NCBI GenBank assembly: GCA_002189035.1
Contig: NEEC01000004.1
Location: 744,001 to 808,000, forward strand
Source of the DNA: Utricularia gibba
Taxonomy: Eukaryota > Plantae > Magnoliophyta
Direction: 5' to 3'
Length of the DNA: 64,000 nucleotides
Shown here: positions 36,026 through 54,200 of the stretch, one piece after another
How positions within the stretch are numbered: position 1 is the stretch's first letter
How the letters are laid out: each line of letters starts with the position of its first letter
Notes under the pieces: model-generated
Told to the model about the DNA's origin: nothing
The model's database searches: none
The model's input: only the letters and a program-made list of their open reading frames with translations
Program-made: the position numbers and the translations under genes

Positions 36026-36443
36026 CGTCGGGAGACAACGATTCCTCTCGCAGTTGCTCTCCGGCGATCTGCCCCGATTTCGATAAACTCCGTCGCAGAG
36101 GAAGAGAAGTGAAAAGGTTTCTGCGCGGAACAATCCAGAAAAGTCCAGTTAGAGTTGGAAGATTCGGGAGCCCAAAATCATCATCAGCCCATTGGGCGCG
36201 TTGTTTGTTTGTCTGTTTTTTTTTTTTTTTCTGTTTTCAAGAAACACGCTTATTATTCTTCAAAGTTGATAGAAATAGGAACACAAACAGGTTTGATGTT
36301 ATATGCTTTGTGAACACTACAGTATCTAGAACATTCTAGAATTATTATCCATCCAATGAAGAAATATTACATGTATTATTAAGTGTGAAGTACTAAAACC
36401 TTGTACTCTTTCTGTGCTTTCATGGGAGGAAGCTCTTCTTGCA

Positions 36444-40390
<3,947 letters not shown>

Positions 40391-41050
40391 TTTACGTACC
40401 TTCGAGATCTATAGGTATGTAAAATGGCAGTTAGCTTGGCCTATAAACAACAAAACGGGTTTCCATGCCCGCGAAACCGATGAATCCGTCGCCACGTGTT
40501 TGACGTGGAAAATTGAAACAAAATATAATTTTTTAAATATTAAAATCGATTTGGGCTTAGTCTTGGGCTTGAGAAGGTTGAAAGCCCAGTGTAGATCGAA
40601 ATTATACCGGAGCTCCGGTTTGGGTTGACGGAAAGATTCGCCGGCGTGCTGCAGAGCAGTTGACGAGACGGTGTCGCTGGAAATATTGCCTTGGCATCGC
40701 ATTTCCGGGAAACTAAGTCATACTGATTTTTATGCCTCATTATTATCTGGGGCTATTTGTAGTTTCTCATATCAATGCAAGATTTGTGTAAGATGAATGT
40801 ACGATTCAACCTTTATAAGTATTCGTTGTTACAGTGTTTCATATGCAGAGACATTTCGCTGAGTTTCAGAATGCTATTCTTGTACTCACGCGTGAAGTGT
40901 AATGGCAGGCGGGCAAGTCCATGATTCGTATCCTTGTGAGCCGTGGATTAGTTGTGCCCAGAATCAGCAAAGTCCCAGCGTCCTTAATTACAAGCCAGAA
41001 TCATCTTTAGCTGAGCTTTTCTGGATTTCTAGACACATTATCAGGCAGGC

Positions 41051-44000
41051 TTACCTCCAGAAGGTTATTTTAGATGCCCTGGGGAAAAAGAAAGGAAAAA
41101 AAGAGGGAATTAGATATGGGGTCATCCTTAGGAGGATAAACTTGCTAGATTTAAGTAATAAAAAAGCATGCCTTTTCCTGAGCGGTTGCCTTGGTTTCTC
41201 CCTTTCCTCTTGTTTCTGCTCCGGTATTTGATCCTTTTTCACAGCCAGGGTGCTCGCCTGTTTCACATAACGATCAATCGACTGGCAATACGTGTATGAT
41301 TCCAATACATGTAAGCGTACCGATCTTCTGAATTCAAGGTTGTAAAACATTTGAATGTATCTCATTTTAGCTTGCTTTTCCTTGTCATATAGCTGTCTCC
41401 AGAAGCCATAGATGCACCCCATGTTCAGCATTTTGTTCGCGTATATCTTCCAGGTATAGCTTTCAAAAGCAATGTAAAAAACAATATCAGTTTTCATAGC
41501 TGAATTCAGGTAAAAGATTGTTTTTTTAGTTGATTGGAAAGTTACCACTCATTTATACGCTGCAGCCCCTGAAGAGAAATTCTGGTCCAATACTCGGGAT
41601 CATCCTTAGATTTCTGGAAAAAGTCTGCTAACTTGTTGCTGGATTCATCACCATGGAATGGATCTATGTGAAAGCCTGAGACTCCATCCACAATAATTTC
41701 TGCAGGGCCACCTTGGTTGGTGGCGAAAGTTGGCAAACCAGAGTTCATAGCCTCGATCACGGTAAGTCCAAACGCCTCATACAATGCTGGTTGCACAAAA
41801 GCCCCTCTTGTATCAGCAATGCAACGATAAAGCTCACCATTCCTTTTCCTGTCTGTCTGAGCTGCTATCCATCTCATCTGCCCATTGAGATTATACTTTT
41901 CTATCAGCGAGTGCATCTTCTTAATTTCTGCTGCTTCTTCTCTGTCTTTGGAATTGGTTGGATTAAAGAAGCCACCAACTATAACAAGGTTGACAAGGCC
42001 ACGCAGCCGCTTATTTTTTCCATACCACTCCGTTAGTCCGGTAAGATTCTTCACAGTGTCTAACCTTGCCATTGAGAATATAATGGGCTTGCTTTTGTCT
42101 TCCAAATGCCCACTAAAGACAGGTTAAAAGTAGAAAATCAGTAGGGGAATCCCTGGTTTAATAAAGTCGCAAGAAAAGGAGAGAAGGAAACCGACATGTG
42201 CTCAGTACTTTCAACGCCACTGAAGAGAATTTCTTCAATCGAGGGTCGGAATTCTGAAAATCTCTTTTCTTTCTCTGTGTAGGGGAAATAGACTGACTGG
42301 TCTGCCCCAGGTGAAGCAATGTTGAATTTGGGGCTGAAGACATTGATCCCATTCACAACTCTATAGAGCCCCGGCATGGTAAATGCAGTGTGGCTTTCAT
42401 ATTGCCCTGGCCTATTATGGCTGCAAATAGCATGGCAAGATTTCAAAGAATTAGAAAACTAATGAAGCATGTGCTTGCCCATGAATTATACCAACCTTCC
42501 AGCTATTTCCTGGTACGTGCTTGTTATGATGAAGTCTGCTGAGTTCATTGCTATCAAGTCTGCTGAGAACTGTAAGGAGAAATGATACTTGGGGTCAAGC
42601 TCCTTCCACTTGATGTCTGAATCTTCGTACTTCGTTTTCTCGAGTGCATGAGCAATGGTGCCCTGATCCAAGGCTTCATTTCAGCAATTTATTGTGCAGT
42701 AGTTTCGAGCAACAAGTTGAAGGTTGGTTCAGTACCAAGGTAGTATCCAGTTTACTCGCCATGAGTGAAGCAACCAGATTTCCGTCAGTGTAGTTGCCAA
42801 CAATCAGATCAGGTTTGCCTTCCATGACCTCAATGATTCTTTTGGAGGCATCCTGATAATATAGATATGCATAATTATGTACGTGCATCAGGAAACCACA
42901 AGCGTCTGTGTTAAGATTCAAGTGCAAACCTGAGCAAACCTCTCAAGATAAGGATAAATGTCAAATCGAGACACCCATTGTTGAAGAACTCCATTTTCCG
43001 TGTTGAAAGGAACTCTAAGTATGTGGGAATGCTTGGTCTTAGCAACAGGCTCAAGTTCCACATTACATTTAGTGCCCTGTGCATCTGGGATCAATCGAGT
43101 TACCTGCATCATGAAGAAGAGAATCAACCACATCCCTTGAAAGCTTCAGTTGAAAAACTCAGATGTCGTCAGGACTCACAATAAGAATCTGAGGTTTTGC
43201 ATTGAGACCTTGTTGCTTGATTCTTAGAAGCAGTTCTTCTTCTAATGCCACTACTTGATCCAATATGTAAACCACCTGTCCACCTGTATCTGGCAAACCT
43301 AGAACATCGGATTGGCCGAAGTACCCGTGGACAGAGAAAAGCACGACTTTGAAGATGATTGGAAGCTTCCCAAAGAATCTTTCAATGTTTAGTGGATCAG
43401 GAGCTTGGAGGATTTCTGAAAGAGAGTGCATCATCTCCTCAACTCTTTCAGCATTGTCTCCCCATCCCTTTTCAAAGCCCCACTCTTTGAATCTGCACTT
43501 GGTTAAAAATACCGTTCTGTGGTAACTGAATGGCGTTGATGGAGAAAACATGATAAAAAGTAAGTTAACTCCATTACCTCAACTCAAAGCTCTGGAATGG
43601 AGTATCTTTTGGTAGCTTTGATAATGCTGCTTTAGCTATGACCAGTGCAGCCTGAAGCTTAGGAACAGTGTTGATGGAATCATTGATCATGAGTTTCTGC
43701 ATGAACCATGAGACATGATTATCCACTGGTAACAAGGTAAACATGAATGTACTGAAGAGATAAAGTAAATACTTCTCCATGATGATTCAATGAGAGCAAG
43801 TAGTCAACTAGAAGCTGTGCAGTCCCAGGGCTATTGATCTTGGAAGGAAGAAACTTGGATACATATTTGACCCCATTTCCAATGGAAGAAGGAATCGTCA
43901 AGTGAGGCAATGAATGATCAGTTGCTCCGAAATCCAGTTCCAAGGCGTTTTCATCCTTTGCCCTGTAACAATAGTGAAGTTGCAGGCCCAACCTTATGAA

Positions 44001-44488
44001 TAGTAAGTAGATTTACAATGATCAGCATGTACCAGTCCTCATCCGCAGATATCTCCTTAAATTTAAGGTACTCCTTTGCTGAGATGCCATCTACAGACAG
44101 ATCATTGGAATTAACTTTTAGATATTCCCAGCAACCAGGAGATGGCCTCACGGCAAAAGCAACATCCGGAGGTACAACCGCAGCTTCCTGAAAATTCAAC
44201 ATATTGAAACAACAGAATGTGTTGACATGAAATGGAGAAAAAGGTAGGTACTTGAGTGGTCTGTAGTATGTAGCCCAGCAATCCCTCAAGAAGCTGTGAC
44301 CTCTCAACCTTGTCCTCTACGACTTTCTCCATTTCATCCATCAAATGGTGCATCTTCAGCACCCTTTTTCCCCTTTCAACAAACTTCATGAAGCATCTCT
44401 TCATATGGTACCGGTTTTCCCGCAGTGCATCAGGCATCGTGTCCACTATTGTCTCGGACCTTTTCATGACAGGTGAACTCAATACCAT
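41051..44488 (-). CDS. SUS: Sucrose synthase, group III (SUS5/SUS6-like)
   Basis: [33 protein letters not shown]; [18 protein letters not shown]; [17 protein letters not shown]; [11 protein letters not shown]; [20 protein letters not shown]; [18 protein letters not shown]; YTWKIYA. The exact 3' exon structure is inferred. Confidence 0.93.
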
Positions 44489-45105
44489 TTCCACTGACTG
44501 CTTCAACACGATAGACAAGGGGCAGATGATGCTGATGGTGCTTTCCAATGGCTTCCCATTGTATTTATAGGAAGATGATGGATCAGGTTGCCCCTTCATG
44601 TGTTCCCCTTTCAATACGGAAAGGGCAAGCAAAGGATACAACCCAGACATGATTCCTTACTCTGGGAAAATGATGGAGGAAAGAATATCCATTTGTAGAG
44701 GTAAACCAAGTGTGCTACATTGGTTTTACGGTCGTTGGATTTATATGTTGTTTCTGTTTTTACAAGTTTTTGGGCTAGCACCATGAACACCAAGTGTTCT
44801 TTGCAACATCTCAACCATTGCTAATGGCAAGCTGATTATCGTCGTTATTCCATCAAATTAAGAATTTTTATAGGTTTCGAATGATATGATACGAATCAAT
44901 AGACATCGCCAGAGAATAAGCAAACGAAGATTCAGATACGATGATTCGTCTTTGATTACAAATGAAGTTACACAAAAAGCAAATATAAGTCAACGAGGCA
45001 GCTGCTATATATACTTGAGTAGAAGAAACAACTAGTACATGAACACACAACACGCAAATGCAGACATTTTATTTGCTTTTAAGAACAGGAAGAAGAAACA
45101 ATGGA

Positions 45106-46714
45106 TCACGAACAACATGAACCGCCAGCTTGAGGTGTTTGTGCAGTTCTGTCAACTAGAACCATCCCCGATGGATTTTGTGGTGTAGGTGGAGCTGAAG
45201 ATAATCTCTTTGCTGAAAATACAGATAAACAATATTCAGGATCTAACCATGGTTTGTTTGTCCAGGAAGGCGTTGGTATATGATCATGAAACTCGGTTGA
45301 TCTAATTTCGGATCGGTACGCACTCAAGAAAATGGAATGGGGAGCATAATTCTCATCATAACCCAAAACAGCGTGAGATATAAAAAGGAAAACTATGTGA
45401 TCCGAAGGATGTGGTTAATGTACCTATTTCATAGAACACATCATTGACATTAGCAGCTGTTTTGGCTGATGTTTCCATGTAAAAAAGACCATTTTCTTTT
45501 GCGTAAGCGCTGGCTTCCTGAAATATATTTAAAAATAAGTATGCAAAATGCAAGCTGGTCAAACTTCTGAAATATGAAGCTGAAAATAAGACTTGGCTTC
45601 AATAAAAGTGAACTTTGATCCATCTGTTTGCCCCCATCAGACAGTAATCACAGATTTAATGGGTTCCTGTCATCGAAGGAGCAATTCTAGCAGCTCTAGA
45701 TTTCCAATAATTTGCTTTCACATCATAAATACTAACAGTTTATCAAAAAGAAGCAACAGCGGTTTTTCAAGCACTGCTGTGTAAAATCATGAGGAAGATT
45801 AAGTAATGCAATGGATATGAATAGAACCAATTAACTTACTTCTGTAGTCACACTCCTCTTGTCTTCAAGATCACATTTATTTCCGGCCAGTGCCAAAACC
45901 ATTTTAGAATTGCCTGAAATGCTTGCAACGTCATTAGAGAGTTGGATATCCTCACAATTATATCCCTCAATGCACGCACATATCTTTTCTATTCATTCTT
46001 CATTAGTAGCAGGGGAAAAAAAGGAAAAAAAGTGAGGCAAGTAAATCACTAATACCTTGATTTTGCAACTCCTGCACCCATTTCTTAGCCCGTAAAAATG
46101 AATCCTGAATCACAACGCATAGACAGAATGAGTTTTCGCATAAACAAGCATCCCGTGGAGCAACTCAAGATAACAAATTTATACCGATATTTACTTGTAG
46201 ACGTGAGAAGAAAATCCCCAACGACGCAGAGAAAAAACACCAGATGCAGAGGAGAACCAAAGTAAAAAGCATGGAATACGTGATTACCGCGTTACTGATG
46301 TCATAGACAATGATTGCAGCAGCAGCGCCCCTGTAGTACATAGGTGCCAAGCTATGGTACCTTTCCTGACCAGCAGTATCCCAGATCTCGAACTTGACGG
46401 TGGCATTGTTCACGGACACGGATTGAGAGAAAAAAGCAGCCCCGATCGTGGACTCCTAAAAGGCAGACCACAAAGAAAGGTCTAAACTGAAACCGAATCA
46501 ACCCAATCAAAAGATGCAAAATTTGATCCAAGAAAATTACTTGGAATTCAAGAAACTGGCCCTTGACAAACCGCAACACAAGACTCGATTTTCCAGCCCC
46601 CATGTCCCCAAGCAACACCTGAACATCGATTCACATCCCATATTAATCAAGCCGCTAAAATTCATAGAAGAATGAAACACTAACAAGCTTCGCGTTGAGA
46701 TTGTTGTGGCCCAT
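45106..46714 (-). CDS. RABF2: Rab5 GTPase, RabF2 (RHA1/ARA7) type
   Basis: [45 protein letters not shown]; [20 protein letters not shown]; LAGNKCD; METSAKTA; C-terminal GGSCCS* prenylation motif. Confidence 0.95.
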
Positions 46715-47283
46715 GATCGCTTCGCTGCTCACACACAGAAATCCTCTGATCGCAGTTACGACACAGCTGAACAGAGAATTGAAAATCGTCGGTGGCCTCG
46801 CCGATCAGGTAGGGGTTTCTTTTAATACCCGTCTAAATTGCATGAAGATTTGATTAAATATCTAAAATATATGATTCTCGCGTATTGTTTTTATATTAGA
46901 TATATTTGACAAAAATATTTAAAATACGTATATTTTATCAAGAATCCATCCAATACAACTAGCCGCAACCCTAATAAATCAAAATCAAAATCAAAATCAA
47001 ACTCATCAAGAATGTGAAAATTTAATTTTTTCTATAATTATTATTATCTGGGCTTTAGAAAGTATTTCAGATAAATATTTAAATCAAAATCTAAATACAA
47101 ATTTAACCACTTAATTAAATTAATCCGGTTAGCATAATTAGCGGTAAATCACCACTTAATTAGTAATTATACTACCACATTTAATAAAATGTTTTACTTT
47201 TAATTTTAAATATATTATTAAAATAAAAATTAGAATGTGTACAAGTTTGTTTGTCCAGCAACTGGATACCATGTTTGCCTTCT

Positions 47284-49014
47284 TCAGTCTGCATCCTTCT
47301 TGTAGTTCACCAAATATATCGCTGCTAGGGTTACGACTACTCCCACGAACTGCAAGGGCGTGAAGGTTTCACCCAGGCAAATGTACCTGAAGATTCATTC
47401 GTTCTCAAGGCGCGGTACTTTCAAAGGAAAACCAGGGCAGAGACAGAGCCATGGTGAGGGATTGTTTTACCCGAAAGCGAGCGCGAACATGGGAGTGAGG
47501 AAGGTCAGGGAGCTAAGCTTCGTCAAGCTACCTGCAAAAGACCAGGGAGTGGTGTAAGCCAATGTTGTGCTGCAAGTGATCTCAGTGCCTGGAAGATCGC
47601 ATTTTTGCTTACCCCTGGTGGCATTATAGAAGAAGACTCCGTAGCTGATGGCGCTCCCGAAGATGGAGGTGTAGAGAAGAGATAGCCCATCACTAGCGGT
47701 CAGCTTTTCGAAGCATGAGAAACCAGGGTCGTTGTTGAGGAATGAGATGGCCAGGAGAGGGATGCCTCCAATCACCATGTGCTGCAGTGAAATGAATTAT
47801 CCATTCCTGTCACCTCCTGTGTAAGCTGGAATTCGAATAACAAGCTTATCTCACCCAACCAGTGGCCATCACCGGATCTGAGAACTTAGAAACCCACCGG
47901 ACCATCACGGTGCCGATAGCCATGCTTTGTGCGGCAAGAAGCATCCAGAACTCCCCACTGTCCCACAATGACGTTTGTGTAGCATCGAATGTAAGAGAAG
48001 GTGCCTGGAGGATCAAAGGCAGTGAGTGCTGTGGGACATGTGAACTTAGAGAATGAAACTCCTACATTGTGCAAGGGTGGATACCTCAAGCAGTAAAAGC
48101 CCCATAACGCCAAGAACAAGTCCAATCGCCCCAACGTAGCCTATCGATTCTCCGAAGAGCAGGGATGCTAGAATAGCCACGCTAAGAGGCTGGGAATCAA
48201 TTATTACCTGCAACATTTTTTTCCAGAATCTATTCAAGCTTTTACTTTCTACAATCACTAGTTGAAGGTCAGCCGATTGGGTCACTCTATGTAAAAGATC
48301 ACGAGAACTGAGAGTGTCTGCCAACATACACTTCCTAAACCAGCTGTTGTCCTCTCCAGCCCCTCAGCAAGAAACCCCTGTTCATTATCAGTAAAATAAT
48401 GACTACATAAGAAAATGAAACTCACTACCATATCCCATGAATACTGATGAGGCAATTTGCACATCAGGAACCTGAAAAAATGAAGCATCCACGAGAGCAA
48501 AGGCTGCAATGGAAAGCCAAGCATTGAATCCAGACGGCATCTTCCGTCCTCTGGAAAGAGCAAACCCAACCAATAGGAGACCAGCAGGAAGGAGCCTAAA
48601 AGAGGATACAAAAAAAGGCCCAACTTTTGGAAGAACTCCCTTCATTACTACCATGGAAGTTCCCCAAAAAAAGAAAGGCGATACCAAAAGTCCCCATTCC
48701 AGCGCTGTTCCGCCAAACGTCTTCTCCACAGGTTCCTCCTCTGAAAAATTATCACTAGTATTGACCACACACTCAACTTCTAACCCGGTGGCAATACAAT
48801 CAATCCCCGAGGTGGACGTCGCATCAGCTGCAACTTCTTTGTCTGGCCCTTTTCTGGTAGCGCTGCAATTCGAAGTGAGGATTCTAGTTCTAGAACTCGC
48901 ATTTCGCTTCCTAAAACTGAGTACCAAATGATTGCTACTCCTCGTGGCCGTGAGGACGGAGGGAGCTACGACGATTGCAGGGGAACAAGAGAAACGCGGA
49001 TGAGTCCACGTCAT
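47284..49014 (-). CDS. Plastid-targeted EamA/WAT1-related transporter (At3g02690-like)
   Basis: Transit-like MTWTHPRFSCSPAIVV (alternative ATG at 49110); LEWGLLVSPFFFWGTSMV; GFLAEGLERTTAGLGSV/IIDSQPLSVA; GSGEFWMLLAAQSMAIGTVMVRWVSKFSDP; GSLTKLSSLTFLTPMFA; ends LVNYKKDAD*. Confidence 0.9.
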
Positions 49015-51290
49015 CCCCTTCGATATCGCACTCCACACACGAGAATCGCTGTGAACGAAAAAGGCACAGAGGCTAGGCCTAATCACGTCCAGCCCATCGG
49101 AATAAGCCATCGGCTAACCAGCAGGAACTCAAAGCCCAATAGCCCACCTTGCCTGGTTTCATCCTACGTTGCACCAAAATCGATGATTCGTTAATTTGAC
49201 GAATCCGATTTTTTGGGTATGTTATTTTAATAATAAACATGAAAATTTCATGTGTTGTTGGCATTGATCAAATAAGAGGAATATACAAGCAACAGATCAT
49301 TCAATCTCAAAATTCAACTTATAGAATAAAAAAATATAAAAAAACTTTGATTTTTATAAATGTTCGTTTTTAACGGTTAAATATATAACATATATATATA
49401 TGTGTTACATTGGTTTCATTTACATCCAAGTCTACTGCTGCTACTCCACGATGGTGCAAAACTCGAAAATAATTTTATTTAAATATTATAATTAATCTGA
49501 TAAGTTTATCTAATATTTTTAAATATTATCTCATCTTTTTTATAACTGATTCCATCTTTTTGAATAGCATGATTCCAGACTCGAGTGAGGACAACTGGAT
49601 TGGTTTGGGCCTGTCGGCGGAAGCTCGCCTGTGTGCCCCATTGCTCCTGTCGAAGGGAGGGCAACGCCGACGCGTGCGGCTGGCTGGCTTCTCCAACCGA
49701 CAACCCATCCTTTTCCTTCTTTGTTTTTTCCCCTACGAGGCGCGGTGGAGGGCGTCAAGACCCGGCGGAGAGTACTGATTGCTTCCGACGCCGAGGAGGA
49801 ACTGGAGGGATTCCCGAACAACTCTGGGAGAATGTGCCGGCGGAGGTGCTCGGCGCCGGCATCGATACGGTCAATGCGCCACGTGGAAGTGGAAGGAAAC
49901 GCCTGAGCTCTCCCCCAACCAAATCCTGTGCAGGAAAAAAATGATGCATTGTCGGGTTGGAAAGCGACGAGAAACGGGAGGAAAGAAATTCACGGCTGGC
50001 GGGTGGGGGAAGCGGTCCACGCTCCCCGCACGTGACTATTTATTATTTTCCATAATTACTTTCTTGTCCTCAGCCCTCCTGCACGACGCAGTAAAAGCCC
50101 AATTAATCACTTTACAGTTTTTCTTATTCTTCTTCTTATTATTTTTTTACCTTGGATCCCACATCGGATGCATCAAACGTGTGATCCCATTTACTGCCAC
50201 CGTCATTACACGATTCCGTAATAATGCAACTCTTCCTTTGTCGCGTAGCGTGCCCCCGGCTAATCATGTAATAATGCGCCTCTAACCACTAGGGTATTCT
50301 GCAATAATGCAATCGTATTTAACAAGACCATCAACTTGCCCATCCATAACATGTCACATGTTTGCCCGAATCTCAGACGCGACTGCAACCTCCTAATCTA
50401 AAGTTTTTCTCGAATTAATATCATAACGACAAATCCCAATACGTATTTGGAATAGTAATTTTCACATCAACACACAAGACATTACATGAAGGAGGGGACC
50501 AACCACATCTGATGATGGCTGCGTGGTTAAATATGTGTTTATTGCCATAATTGTATTATTTATGAAAATTTAATCTTTCTTTGATTTTTTTTTCTTTTAA
50601 AAGTATTTTTTAAAAATTTATAAATGGAATGTGTGATATGAAGAAATAGGGTAGGGGTGGAAAGGTGTGACAAAAGTATTTGAATGGAAACATGAAAGAA
50701 GAGGAAATAAAAAAAGGGTTAAATTTTGAAGGGGCCTCTCGTGACCTTCACGACTGCGGTTCTGCGTTCGCCTTCTGAGCTCTGACCCACTCACTACGCT
50801 TTTCCTGTGCAACAGGGAAATACTCTCCGGTGCATCTGTCTTCTGCTGCGGTGCAGCGTGGCTGAGGTTTGAAGGTTGGGGAATGCAGATGTATGGCTCT
50901 ACCTGCATTTGACTGCTTGCTCGCTGGGTTTGTTGGTTTCGTTTTCTGCTCGCCATGCTGTATGCTATGTTTCTGATTCTTGATCTAAGATCGAGGTGAA
51001 TGCTGTGGTATGGGGAGCTTGGGATTTTTTTAGTTGTTGATGGATGTTTTTCTTTTCTCCCGTTTGTTTGGGATTGTTTTGGATCTCAGATTTTGGGGAT
51101 TTTTTCTCGGGTTTTTAGTTGGATTTCGAGGTATTTGTTGAGTACGGTTTTAGTTTGGTATTCTTTTGTTGATAGCTCGTCTTCTTCGCCTCAATGCAGT
51201 GATTCTTGTGGGGCGTGATAGAAGGGAGGAATACTCAGGGGTGAAAATAGCTTCCAGATGGTTTAATTGACGACTTAAATGTTCGTGAAA

Positions 51291-54200
51291 ATGACATCTG
51301 ATATGGCACATAACTTGAGATCGAGCATGTCAGGCTCTAGCAATGGCTTTCAAACCCCCTCTCACCGCTCCTTTTCAACGTCGAATGGTGATGAGTACGA
51401 TTCTGATGGATCCAATTTCATTCCGCTGTAAGTTTGTTTATGTCATTGTCTTTGTACTCGTTGCCTGTGGAAGCATACCCCATTTATGATTTAAAGCAGC
51501 TAACCATGACTGCCCGTGGCGGGGACTGAATTTGCTATTGCACTTGCAGCACCCCTAATGCCATTTCATCAGCCATACCCCAGAACTTGCTAGTGCTATA
51601 CCGCTCATCGATAGGTTTCAGGTTACACACCTATCTTCTTGTATCGGGTCTTTAGAATGTGTTCGTTGCAACAGCCTGAATCTGCCATCAGTATATTTAT
51701 TTGTTAACGGATGGATGTCTGATGGTTTGCAGGTTGACGGATTTCTAAGAGCTATGCAGAAGCAGATTAATTCTGGTGGTAAGCGTGGTTTCTTCTCTAA
51801 GAGAACAAGTGGAACACATGCACGTGAGAAATTCACTTTTGAGGATATGCTCTGCTTCCAGAAGGTCTGGAATGTAGTATTTGATGCTGCTTTGCTTTTT
51901 TCCACTCATATTCCTAAATGCCGAGGGCATCTGTTTACAGGATCCTATACCAACATCGCTGCTTAAAATAAACAGTGATCTTGTTAGTAGAGCAATTAAG
52001 CTCTTCCAGGTGATCCTTAAATACATGGGGGTTGATTCATCAGACCGAGTTCTGTGCGCTAGTTTAGATGAACGGATAGACCTTGTTAGCAAACTGTACA
52101 AACATGCTTTGAGACGTCCTGAACTTCGAGATGAACTTTTTATGCAAATTTCCAAGCAGACAAGGAATAATCCGGAGAGGTGTGTAATTTTATAGTTGGT
52201 ATCTACTATTCTACAACTGCATTTCCCTAGAGTTTTGATCATGTTCCCCAATTTATTGCGTTATCTATTGATCTTATACCGCATGGGTATTTCTAGGTAC
52301 TGTTTGATAAGGGCATGGGAGCTGATGTATTTATGTGCGTCATGCATGCCTCCGAGCAAGGAAATTGGTTGCTATTTATCTGAGTATGTTCATAGTGTTG
52401 CCCACAGTCCCGTCGATGATTCAGAGGTCCAGGTGATTGCAATGAATACATTTAATGCTTTGAAGCGGTCTGCTAAGGCTGGCCCTAGGCATGTTATACC
52501 TGGACGTGAAGAGATTGATGCTGCTTTGAGTGGAAAGAAGCTTACGACTATAGTGTTTTTCTTGGACGAGACCTTTGAAGAGATTACATATGACATGTCT
52601 ACGACTGTAGCTGATACAATTGAGGTAGTGAATGATGCTTCTTCTTCTTTTTTTTTTTTTTTAAACGAAATAGAAACCTGAGAAAACTGACCTGGATTTG
52701 TCTCCAGCATTTTTTTCTGTTTGTGATACAGTCTACAGAAACTTGAAACACATGTGTGGCACCTTAGCTCCTGTGGTTCCAGGCCATTCCATTGCACATA
52801 TATTAACATTTGTGGGTAAATGATATGCAGGAGCTGGCTGGGATAATCAAACTATCTGCATATTCTAGCTTTAGCTTATTTGAATGTCGAAAGGCAGTGA
52901 CCATTTCCAAATCACCAGATCATGAAAATGGTATTTACATCAAGTCTAGGACTTCTTTTCAGCTAGCTATTATAATGGCAAAATGCGAATTATGTATTCT
53001 TGTTTGTCAGAGGAGTACGTTGGTTTGGACGATCATAAATATATTGGTGATCTTCTTGCTGATTTTAAAACATCCAAGGATCGCAGTAAAGGGGAGATTT
53101 TGAACTGTAAACTAACGTTCAAGAAGAAGCTTTTTCGTGAGTCTGATGAATCCATTTCGGATCCAATGTTCATGCAGCTGTCATATGTCCAAGTATGCTT
53201 TTTTTTTTCTTGCTATGTATCCATATTCTCTTCACTGGCTTATAGCTTTAGGTATTAAGTTATCATATTTTGTCTAAGGTTTATTCCTTTTATCCTATCT
53301 ATTTTCTTTATTTCATTATTGTTGTTGCAGCTTCAGCATGATTATAGGTTGGGAAATTATCCCATGGGGAGGGATGATGCTGCACAGCTATCTGCGCTCC
53401 AAATTTTGGTTGAGATCGGCTATGTGGTTTCTCCTGAAACATGCACGTCAGTCTCTTTCCTTAATTCATGATTCATTCAGTTACACCAGCTATTTGCGCT
53501 ACAAATTACTTGACCATTTCCTGTCAATGTTTCCAGTGACTGGACATCTCTTCTAGAAAGGTTTCTCCCCAGGCAAATTGCCATTACCAGAGCCAAAAGA
53601 GAATGGGAATCGGATGTTCTTTCTCGCTATCGTTTGATGGTTCGGCCATTTTTATTACTCTTTATTAATTATAATTTTATCGTTTTGTGATGAAATCAAT
53701 GTTTGTATCTATTAGGTTACCTCAATTAAAATTTATTTTCAAGTAATGTAATCTTTTATAAATGTTTGCAATATAGGAAGATTTAACCAAAGATGATGCC
53801 CGTCAGCAATTCTTGCACATACTGAGAACACTTCCATATGGGAACTCAGTGTTCTTTGCTGTGCGTAAGATTGATGATCCCATCGGCATTCTACCGGGGA
53901 AAATTATTTTAGGCATCAACAAGCGTGGAGTGAGTATTTTATGTTAAGAAGGCTTCATTGGTCCAAATAGCTCAAATGTATCTTATTTTTCCCAAAAGGT
54001 TCATTTCTTCCGCCCTGTTCCCAAGGAGTACATGCACTCAGCTGAACTAAGGGATATAATGCAATTTGGAAGCAGTAATACTGCTGTTTTCTTTAAAATG
54101 CGAGTTGCTGGAGTTCTACATATATTTCAATTTGAAACTAAGCAGGTAAGGGCAATGATAAGTTTGGATTCTACTATGTTATATGGTTTGTTATCCTTGT

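Noticed and set aside
50156-50166. Exact plant snRNA upstream sequence element ATCCCACATCG (possible snRNA or telomerase RNA promoter)
   Set aside because: No TATA box at the Pol III (about 24 nt) or Pol II (about 33 nt) spacing. Downstream sequence matches no U snRNA or 7SL I know and has no telomeric template. The motif also occurs in LTR ends.
50618-50956. Minus-strand 112 aa ORF (MASRKRNQ..) with a donor-like CAG|GTAGAG
   Set aside because: Overlaps the KCBP 5' UTR and leader on the plus strand; no homology recognised.
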